Positions 54,058-64,000 of a stretch of 64,000 nt of DNA are shown here, one piece after another. The notes beneath the pieces are model-generated. The model made no database searches, was not told the DNA's origin, and saw only the letters and a program-made list of their open reading frames with translations. The DNA lies in the NCBI RefSeq assembly GCF_006345805.1, contig NW_021835981.1, positions 4,739 to 68,738 on the forward strand, read 5' to 3'. Source of the DNA: Octopus sinensis (lineage: Eukaryota). Position 1 is the first letter of the stretch, and the number at the start of each line of letters is the position of its first letter. Both the position numbers and the translations under genes were made by a program.

Positions 54058-54157
54058 CATCGTCCAAGACCGTGACTACGATACCATTTCCAGTAATGTT
54101 CTGAGCCCAGCATGGAAGAACTAAGAGATCGGCGTCTTTTAAAGATCTGGGGTTTCT
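54058..54157 (-). CDS. PCSK1-like: Convertase exon with catalytic Asp: RNPRSLKDADLLVLPCWAQNITGNGIVVTVLDD(G)
   Basis: 100-nt exon. Acceptor attttacag, donor gtatgt. Contains the S8B motif ITG.G.VVTVLDDG and is in frame with the preceding exon. Confidence 0.95.
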
Positions 54158-54317
54158 CTGTAAAATATTAAAAAAGGACCATTTTTTTAGTGATGACACT
54201 GAGCATCTCATTTCTATACTGATATTCTGTGTGTGTGTGTGTGTGTGTATGTATATATGTATGTATATGTATGTATATGTGTATGTATATATGTATATAC
54301 TGCATGTGTGTGTGTGC

Positions 54318-54404
<87 letters not shown>

Positions 54405-54616
54405 TGTATGTGTGTATGTTTGTGTATGTGTAGATATAGATATAGATGTGTAGATAAATGCGCGTCTGTGTGTATATATGTATATTTGTGTATATTCAGA
54501 GGTTTGTATGTTTACATATATTAATATCAGCAAACATGTGTGCGAATAAGAACATTACTATTTTTAAATCTCACAACGTGAGATATTCAGCAACAGTACT
54601 TAGTAGTAATGTTTAG

Positions 54617-54774
54617 TTGCCAACGTAACATGGCAGTCCTGTTTAGGACTAATGTTGCTGTTCGAAAATATAAGGACACAGATGGTGTCGTATAGCCAGC
54701 TGGAGACGATGTCTCCTGGGGTTAAATTACAGCAACATTAGTCCTAAACCAGGACTGCCATGTTATGTTGGCAA
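54617..54774. mobile_element. MITE-like element with ~45-bp terminal inverted repeats
   Basis: ttgccaacgtaacatggcagtcctgtttaggactaatgttgctgt / acagcaacattagtcctaaaccaggactgccatgttatgttggcaa. Confidence 0.75.
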
Positions 54775-55377
54775 ACAATCTTTATTACATGTGTGCAAAT
54801 GTTTACATATATGGAGAAGAGCGAGTTTCATGTCATAAGCGATCTTCAGGAAATGTACACTTTCAGTGTCTTAACTCGAGTAATTCTATGTCTGATTCGT
54901 CTCTCTCACCCTCTATTTCTCTTCTTTGCCCCTCCCTTTTTCTGTCTTCATACCCCAACTCTCTCTCTCCCTCTCTCTCTCTCTCTTATTTCTCTCTCAT
55001 TTCTTCCTCCTTTCACATTCGCCTTAATTTCTCTCTCTATCTCTATTTCTCTCAATCCACCTCTCTCCTTATACAGTTTTCTTACTGTATCTCTAACAGC
55101 CTCACACAGCACACTCTAGGACCTTATTCATCAGTATCCTCTCTCTCACTTGTTCCTTCTTATCTCTCCCTCCTTCACTGTTTCACTCTTCATCAACTCC
55201 TTCTCTCTATTTCTCTCTCTATGACTTTGTGTGTGTGTGTGTGTGTGTGTAGGTGTGTGTGTGTGTGTGTGTGTGTTTGTGCGTGTGTGTGTGCGCGTGT
55301 ATGTGTGTGTCGTATAGTGTAATATTTAAATACATGTTCACATATCGCATGTAATTCCTTTACAAATCGACACTTAC

Positions 55378-55494
55378 CAAATACCATTCTTCGCTCCAAA
55401 GAGTGTCTGAAAAGGCGTCTTTCCTGTAAAGTTGCAAAACCTCTGAACTTCGTTTGGCCCGCTTTCTGATCTGTTGCTGCTCGAACCAAAGAAT
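55378..55494 (-). CDS. PCSK1-like: Proprotein convertase (PC1/3-like) exon: end of prodomain and start of catalytic domain, ILWFEQQQIRKRAKRSSEVLQLYRKDAFSDTLWSEEWYL
   Basis: 117-nt phase 0/0 exon. Acceptor tttcttttttgcgtag, donor gtaagt. Matches the convertase pattern W.EQQ...R.KR (autocatalytic site) ... W..QWYL. Confidence 0.93.
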
Positions 55495-56274
55495 CTACGC
55501 AAAAAAGAAAGCAAAAGTAAAACAAAAAAAAAAAAGAAAAAAGGTTGTTCCGCGAAGAATTCATATATTTAGTATTTGCTATGACATTTTTGGATCACAT
55601 TTATAGGAAATTATTGGTTTGTCTGCAAAAACGAAAGGGAAGAATTTGGTTGATTTTCCTCGTACCGACAATAATATTATTTAGGGAGGAAAAATACATT
55701 ATTTATGTAACAAATATTGGATTTCCTGAGCATATTGATATCCTTTATTAATAAATATAAGATATTACTGGAAATAATTGCATAATATCATCACACAGGT
55801 ATTTTATCACATCACCGTATCACATGCTCCATTTAACCTTACTGAGAAATCTTTTATTTATTTCTTCGCTTTTCATTTTTTGTAGTTTGTTGAAAATCAT
55901 GTGGGATATTATGCTGTATGATTACAAAGTAGTTCAGTTGGTATTAAAGCATAGTTTGCAATAAGGTTCTCTTTATTGTGTATGTGTGTGTGTGATACAT
56001 GTCTGTAATAATTTCGACTAGACGTATTACGGTTGATATTTTGGAAGGGGGGAAAAAAAAAGGAATGAAATTCAACTCAGGCAAACGATTCGAGACTTCG
56101 AGAAGTATTCAGTCATGACAATGAGAAAAAATATTCCAAAAAATATTATAGCACTCAAAAATCAATTTATGAATTCAATCCTCTAAAGCAACATTTAACA
56201 CTCTTTAAACGTGTTAATATTCTACAACAGTCATATATACGTACACACACACAAATACACACACACACACACAT

Positions 56275-56341
<67 letters not shown>

Positions 56342-56381
56342 CAGATGGATCAATAGATAGCTATATAAATCTATAAGAGCA

Positions 56382-56430
<49 letters not shown>

Positions 56431-56489
56431 TATTATATTATTATTATTATCATTATTATTATTAATATTATTATAATTATTATTATTAC

Positions 56490-56537
<48 letters not shown>

Positions 56538-56984
56538 CATTATTAGATAGATAGACACACACAAACACACACATATATATATAAAATCTTTAGATGCACA
56601 CAGACAAACACACACACATACACACATATATATATATATTATGTATGATATATATGTATAAACAGAGAGAGAGAGAGAGTGAGTGAAAGGGAGAGGCTTG
56701 CTCACATTGGCCTGATCGCCTTTAACATTGCACTGCATGACGTTTCATAAATGTTTCATAATAAACATTTATCCTGTTTAACATTTATTAAATCTATTAC
56801 AGCGGCATGATAAGAGTATTTCTACTCTTTCATTAAGACTAATGTTCACACTACGCCATGTTTGACGACAACTCATGTGACATTTACATTTTCACCGCTT
56901 GATGAATCAGTCTTTTTAACCACTCGCAGATTTCATGTCGCATGACATAAATTATCATCATTATTATCATTATTATTATTTTAT

Positions 56985-57412
56985 TTTTCTTCTTTCAAAT
57001 TTGCTTCCATTTCTTGCCGAGTGTCTTCCCGACTCCTAGGGCAAAGAAACTCATAGTATACATTGGTAGGCCATTAAACCAAACTCAATAGTTCGTTCAT
57101 TTTTTTTTTTTTTTTTTAATTATATTAAAATACATGAGCAGCAACAGTTCTCACATCGACAATGCTCTTCTCAATACGTATGATGTACCAGTTAAGACAA
57201 TCTTTTGCACTTCTTGCAGGGATGGTAAGCCAGGGATCATTCTCATATAATTTTCGGTTCCCTTCTTGATCATTCCTAGTGCTCCTACGATCACTGGTAT
57301 TGTAACCGCCTTGAGATGCCACATTTTCTCAATTTCAATGAGTAGGTCTTTATATTTTCTGAGCTTGTCAAACTCTTTCGCTGAGATATTATGATCACAG
57401 GGGATGCTCATG
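56985..57412 (-). mobile_element. 5'-truncated R4/Dong-type LINE (endonuclease C-terminus plus 3' UTR)
   Basis: MSIPCDHNISAKEFDKLRKYKDL...IPVIVGALG...VLRRALSM*, with (TAA)n at both ends. Confidence 0.9.
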
Positions 57413-57437
57413 CTTATTATTATTATTATTATTATTA

Positions 57438-57470
<33 letters not shown>

Positions 57471-57529
57471 CATTATCATCATCATTATTATCATTATTAT
57501 CATCATCATCATCATCATCATCATCATCG

Positions 57530-57563
<34 letters not shown>

Positions 57564-57578
57564 CATTATTATTTTTAT

Positions 57579-57737
57579 TGAGTGAGGGAGCAGTACATGC
57601 CATCAAAGTGACACTGGGGTAAAATATACAAAGCCCAGGACTACCCGTCTGATAAGGGTACACCAGGCACATGCATCACAACCATATGTGCGCGAAGTGG
57701 TGATCTCATATCAAGATAAACAGCGCATGAGCTTGCA
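57579..57737 (-). mobile_element. 5'-truncated copy of the (TAA)n-associated non-coding element
   Basis: Homologous to 39725-39893. Confidence 0.85.
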
Positions 57738-57738
57738 A

Positions 57739-57796
<58 letters not shown>

Positions 57797-57797
<1 letters not shown>

Positions 57798-57935
57798 TAT
57801 GTTTGACTTTTGCTTTATGTCTGTAGAAGTTGGCTCCAAGTCTCACCCAGAGACCTCAAGAGACAACAGGTTGGAAGTTCTGTGCCATATATTTGGGGGT
57901 TTTTTTTTGGTGTTGTACTAGTGAATGTCTAATAC
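57797..57935 (-). mobile_element. 3'UTR-only fragment of the 6.5-10.6 kb LINE family
   Basis: ctatgtttgacttttgcttta...gttggctccaagtctcacccagagacctcaagagacaacaggttggaagttc matches 6505-6590. Confidence 0.9.
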
Positions 57936-57978
57936 ATAAAAATAAAATTTTTTAAAAAATAAATAAACAAATAAAAAA

Positions 57979-58027
<49 letters not shown>

Positions 58028-58044
58028 TATTATTATTATTATTT

Positions 58045-60070
58045 TGGTTAGTCTTATTCTTGATGGGAACGATGTGGATAATGGACTACTACCTGTAACC
58101 TTAGGTATCCACAGGTTTTCAGCAGTCTTTCAATTACTTAGAACCCTCCTGATAATCCTTGCTGTCCCTAAGAGACAGACTTGCTATAGAAGCTCTACCA
58201 GGTGTTTTATTTCATTCACCTTCGCCCGTTTGTCTATATCTTGGTTTACTCTTTCCAGCGCACCAATATTATGTGCACAACCTTGATTTCACCACTTGGT
58301 AACACTACACCTTCTGTCCTGACAAGCTTTCCTCGTCTCATCCCCATCGTAACACATTTTGAGAGTCCAAACTCTATCTTAATATCATTGGAGAATATCT
58401 GCACAGAACGGACAAGGCTGTCCATTTCTGCCTCACTTTTTGTGAATAACTTCAAGCCGTCCATGAATAGCAAGTGGTTCAATTTTCCCTTACATCTTCC
58501 CAGGTCATACAGCAACTATGTTTTCTTAGTATTTCACTCAAGGGAATCATTCCCAGCACAAAGATAAGTGGGGACACACGGTCCCTCTGGAAGGTTCCGC
58601 TCTTGATTTTCACCTCTCTTAATACTTGATTCCAGGTTGCCAATCACGTTTTCCACTATTTCCACTAATTCAAGGCTTCTCGTGTTTTCTGCAGCTCCAT
58701 ACATTTCCATTGTCCTCATTACTCAGGAGTGTGGCATCATATCGTATGCTTTACGATAGTCAACCCATGCCATGATCAGGTTTGTGTATCTTCTCTTGCA
58801 GTTCCTAATAATTAGATTATCGATTAAGAGATGATCCTTCGTTCCGTGGCTCCTCGTTCTGCACCCTTTCTGTATGTAGCAGCCCACTTATTTCTAAGTA
58901 GTTATATAGTTCAGCGGTCAAACCACCTCACATTTGGATTTCATGCAGCCACTCCGCTTCATTATGTTCTACAGGTTGGTCCCAGATCCCTCTCCAGAGA
59001 ACCCTGCTTTCCTCTACATCTGGTTTCATTGTTACATGTATGTTGCCAATCTAGTTCCTGAAACAGTTTCTTCTAATTTGCTTCAAACAATCTGTTTTGC
59101 CTGAATTGTTTTGTTCTAGTGTCATATCTTTCGAATTTTGCTTTGATTGCTTTCTTTCAGTTCTTCCAATATCACATCATACCCTTTGTTTCTTATTCTA
59201 TATATATTTTTCCATCATTATTTTTATTCTTTCGTTCTGCAATCCCCCTCTTCTCAATCTACCAACTTGTCCTAAATATATTTTAAACTTTGTTTCTCTC
59301 AAATTCGTCTGTAGGCGTAGGAGTGGCTGTGTGGTAATTAGCTTGCTTACCAACCACATGGTTCCGGGTTCAGTCCCACTGCGTGGCACCTTGGCAAGTA
59401 TCTTCTACTATAGCCTCGGGCTGACCAAAGCCTTTTGAGTTCATTTGGGAGACGGAAACTGAAAGAAGCCCGTCGCATATATACGTATATACATATATAT
59501 ATATATGTATGTGTGTGTATATTTTTGTGTCTGTGTTTGTACCCCCAACATCGCTTGAAAACCGATGCTGGTGTGTTTACGTCCCCGTAACTTAGTGGTT
59601 CGGCAAAATATACCGATAGAATAAGTACTAGGCTTACAAAGAATAAGTCCTGGGGTCGATTTGCTCGATTAAAGGCGGTGCTCCATCATGGCCACAGTCA
59701 AAAGACTGAAACAAGTAAAAGAGCAAAAGAGTAACCCAGTATGGTTATTTACGTTCTGTTTGTTTTCTTCTTTTGTATCCAACTCTATCTGCAGCAACCA
59801 TAGCTGCAGCCCAAATGACCTTACTAGTTTCAGCTATATTTCTCGTCTGGAATAGCCCAAGGACCGAAGCTATGTTTTCGGTTTAAACTTTGAGCTTGCA
59901 TCGATCAATGTACCTCAGATTGGTGGGCGTTTGAGTCTGGTCTTCTCTAATATATCGGCACAGCATCCTCAGTATGTCTCGTTGGTCATCATCGCATTCT
60001 TGTTATATAGTTCTTCCCATTGCTGAGAATGAATTTACATTTACACTTCGCTCTACGTCTTCACTACCGC
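58045..60070 (-). mobile_element. Degenerate, deleted R4/Dong-type LINE (further family)
   Basis: [50 protein letters not shown]. 3' end in (TAA)n. Interrupted by a SINE. Confidence 0.85.
59313..59733 (+). mobile_element. Full-length GGCGCAGGAG-family SINE inserted in the LINE
   Basis: Highly similar to 53097-53512. Confidence 0.93.
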
Positions 60071-60084
60071 CATTTATTATTATA

Positions 60085-60467
60085 CTAGTAGTATCGCCCG
60101 GCGTTGCTCGGGTTTGTAAGGGAAATAACTATACAGCATTTTTAGAGAGTTATAGCCAAAAAATAGCAAAAAAAGGGAAAAAAATATGATGGTAATTTTT
60201 TTTTAAATCGTTGACTCATTGTAGACATTTTTAGAGAGTTACTTTCCTTTAAAAAAATATGCATGAAAATGGAAAAAAATGATGGTAAATTATTTTTAAA
60301 ATCGTAGACCCATTGTAGACGCGCGCTAATACCCAGAAGGGCTGGATATGAATCACGACTATAAGATACCTGGTTTTGGTTAAACTGCACCGCAAAATGT
60401 GGGAGTAGTTAGGAATCTAAATCGAAGGGGACAGACACTCACACAACTACAGTTTTATATATATAGA
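60085..60467 (-). mobile_element. Non-autonomous Helitron
   Basis: Minus strand reads A|TCTATATATATAAAA...CCCGAGCAACGCCGGG (hairpin) CGATACTA CTAG|T: 5'-TC, 3' hairpin plus CTAG, inserted between A and T, no TSD. Confidence 0.88.
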
Positions 60468-61042
60468 TTTATATTATTACTATAAGGCCTAGAGGTCCTA
60501 ATATTACCTCCCCTGATTTCTTTAGACAATATATGATAGCAGATATACGGCTGTTGGTTTAGCTTCTGATGTTGCTGTGGAGCTAAATAGAAGAGTGGGG
60601 GTGTTGTGTCTACTAATACATGCTGTTTGATTGGACTGGTGGTTGACAGGCCTGGCTGTGGATTGTGGGCGGGAGTGAGGGGATTTGAGAGGAGCTTCGA
60701 CAAGTTGGACATAGCATAGCTAAGATACAGAAATCTATGAACAACATTCTAAAGTCTTAGCAAAACTATAGTAATCTATCTATAGAACATCACATCGTCT
60801 TTACGATAAAGAAATCAGTATCTGGAACATCACATCGTAAGTTAAGATATAAAAATCTATAAACATCTCACAGTTTTAGCAAACACAATCAATTCTCTAA
60901 AATACATCTCAAGTCTTTGAATCACCAAACATTGATATTTCATACTTTGAAGTAATAGAAAAAGGCTTACACATTTTTGGAGCTCCGTTAAATAGCCACA
61001 CTATCGTCGTGAATGCTTACAGCATTATTATTACTATTAATA

Positions 61043-61136
<94 letters not shown>

Positions 61137-62277
61137 TAGTAGTAGTAGTAGTAAATTCAAATTACGATGAACGAAGTTTGCTTTAGAAGCTTTGAGATGT
61201 CTCAGAAAGTTAAAAAAGTGATTTTAAATTCTCAAACGCAGGATAATGCTAATAATATATCCTGAACAGGATAAGCTACCCCTATTTTGTAGAAAAAAGT
61301 GTTGGCGACCGGCTATGAGACTCGAACTCAAACCTCCGTGTGATCGAATAGTGGTGGACGCAAGATAGTATACCGCGGGACACTCCGCAGGTGAAGTTTC
61401 CGATTTCAGATATGTGATTGTGCATGCGCGTGTACTTGGATATTTACGCATCTATATACACCGCTAATCTTTTAACGAATATGTCCGTATATCACATCTA
61501 CATTAGACAGGCGAGTCAACAAACGTACCTGTTCGTAGTTATTCCACCAGCTAGAAATAGAAACAGTAACTAAATGTACCGACACCACCCCCTCATTGTC
61601 TTCAAAATGCGACGGTAGTCGACGTACATTCGATAATGTAATTCTAGATTCTCAATTTACGAACAGCTGACGGAATTATCATACATGAAATAGCTTTCAT
61701 CATATCTCCGCTCATTCACTTCTAACGTAAGGTTACACAATAATTGAGAGAGAAAAAAAATGATCGGAGCGATTGTACTGTTACGTTAGCATTGAGTCGT
61801 AACGCGAAGCTGTATGAGGCGGAAACGGTGCTAAGTATTACTTAGCAGATCATTTTCCGCTTAAAACGGAGTCGCTTTCCATAGCTCACTCAAAAATTCT
61901 TTCTATGACCTTGGTGATACGTGAAGGAGTACAGATGTACGTCTGTAATTTTGACTTTCTGTTCTGGCTTCTTCTACAGTGAAAGTAAGGCAGCCGCGGC
62001 AGAACGGTACGCTTAGCTTCCTTTGTCACATTTTCCTAACTGGAAATTAGCACATTTCAGGAAATTTTGAAATGGTTTAAAACAGATATATTTCATTGAA
62101 ACAACACACACACACTCACACAAATACACAGACACACCCATACGCATACACAAACACAAACACAAACACACGTATATATTATATATATATATAATAATAT
62201 ATATATATATATATATATAATAATATATATATATCTATATATATATATATATATAATATATATATATATAGAGAGAG

Positions 62278-62320
<43 letters not shown>

Positions 62321-62323
62321 GAT

Positions 62324-62365
<42 letters not shown>

Positions 62366-62721
62366 GTATCTGTGTATGACTTATGTATACACAGTGTATG
62401 ACTTATGACTTGTGTAACATTGTCCGTTTTTTCCGTCCTTGTTTTTGTATATATTCGCTGCTTCTTCCAAGGAATTTAATGCTCTTGGCTTAGTTTTTCC
62501 TTGAGGTTGGCCAGATTGGAACAATTTCAAGAATAATCAGCCGAAATTGCGAGGATAATCTGGTTCTTGACTGAAGATAGAAAACTTCGAATGACCTATC
62601 CTTGTTTTCTTTGTATCGTCTATCTGGATGTTTTGTTGTCCCTTTTTGGGTCACCTAGTTGTCCGAATATTTTGCGTTCTTGTCCCATTTTATATTATAT
62701 ATAAATATAAATATAAATATA

Positions 62722-62777
<56 letters not shown>

Positions 62778-62782
62778 CATAC

Positions 62783-62962
62783 GTTTGTGTGTCTGTGTTA
62801 TTCGCAACAGCATCGCTTGACAACCGATGTTGGTGTGTTTACGTTCCCATAAACTGGCGGTTCTACAAACGAGACCGATAGAATAAGTACTAGGCTTACA
62901 AAGAATAACTCCTGGGGTGGATTTGTTCGACTAAAAGCGCGGTGCTTCATCATGGCCGAAGT
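62783..62962 (+). mobile_element. 3' half of a GGCGCAGGAG-family SINE
   Basis: catcgcttgacaaccgatgttggtgtgtttacg...gataagtactaggcttacaaagaataa. Confidence 0.85.
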
Positions 62963-63399
62963 GGAGAGAGAGAGACAGTGAGAGAGATTTCGTTTGGTTC
63001 TGTTATAATGCATCTTGTTATTTACCTGTAGCCGGTTGCCTACACCTTGTATGATTTCAAACCACGTGACCTGTGGGTAACCAGCTTCAGTTGAATAATT
63101 ACATGCATTATAAAACAATCAAGCGAAACTGAGTTTATTGTACGCGGTGCCATTTGGAAAGTCACCTGACGTGACATATTGGCACCTGACGAAGCATCAC
63201 AACCTGTTGTACAGTATGTCACCTCCGAGCAACCGATGCAAGATGCGTCGAAACGATTGTTGCGATTAATAAAAGATTGCGCTAAATCCATTTTCTGCTT
63301 CAGTCATTTATTACACACACACACACAAACACACACACAGACACATACACATGTATACAGTTATATATACATATATATATAGTTAGGTAGAGAGATAGT

Positions 63400-63477
<78 letters not shown>

Positions 63478-63630
63478 CATATATATTTAAATAGGTAAAA
63501 CCAAATATTTTTTATTGTTATAAAATATATATTCGTATGTATTAATGTGTTTCTTTCTGTCACCAAATGACCATAACTGTATAGTATAAGTATATATATA
63601 TGTATATATATATGCTTGTCCTTATGTATA

Positions 63631-63676
<46 letters not shown>

Positions 63677-64000
63677 TATTATATAATATATAATATATAT
63701 ATATATATACGCATATGTAGGTACGTACGTTTGTATTATTATTATATGTATGCGTGGACGTTATTGAAATGTGGGTAACAGTTTTCCGTGTTTTGTACAC
63801 ACGAATTAATGACTGTCCGCATTGTATGAGGTATAATGAAATGATTATAAAAAAGAAAATTATTAAATATCAAAGACCCTCCACCAGGTAACCATACACA
63901 ATAAAAAAAATCGGTTTACAATTTCTAAAGAAAACAAATAAAGTTATTCATAGTTTAAAAGGATTAACTTTAGAAATATTAGAGTCAATAAGATATGGCG

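Noticed and set aside
61292-61400. Minus-strand tRNA-like stretch (GAGTTCGAGTCTC...CGCCA followed by T6)
   Set aside because: No cloverleaf or A box could be formed; at most a decayed tRNA or SINE head.
63026-63070. Possible 45-nt phase-0 exon VTWFEIIQGVGNRLQ (cag/gtaaat) echoing ILWFEQQ
   Set aside because: Weak polypyrimidine tract and similarity limited to about 4 residues; needs RNA-seq support.

Overview
AT-rich eukaryotic DNA saturated with microsatellites; the SINE and repeat landscape suggests an octopus or other cephalopod (inference). One protein-coding gene crosses the window on the minus strand: a subtilisin-like proprotein convertase most similar to PC1/3. Six GT-AG exons splice in frame (55494-55378, 54157-54058, 35836-35799, 27929-27853, 19600-19512, 12492-12320) and cover the prodomain cleavage site and the catalytic Asp and His; the first and last exons lie outside the window or were not found. 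Almost all ORF-track entries are microsatellite artefacts. The introns contain R4/Dong-type restriction-like-endonuclease (RLE) LINEs in (TAA)n arrays, several tRNA-derived SINE families, a mariner remnant next to a U6 pseudogene, a non-autonomous Helitron, a CR1-like RT fragment and several hairpin elements. The most striking signal is a ~476-bp non-coding element present twice as a partial tandem in (TA)n (12.66-13.38 kb and 24.0-26.3 kb). Each copy carries a type I hammerhead ribozyme with compensatory base changes between the two copies, plus a second structurally conserved hairpin. The second copy is interrupted at that hairpin by an ORF1-only L1/Tx1-like element with a 16-bp target-site duplication, and that element's 3' tail is shared with a tRNA-SINE. 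Several other minimal hammerhead families are also present. All structures were derived by eye, with no database search or folding computation.
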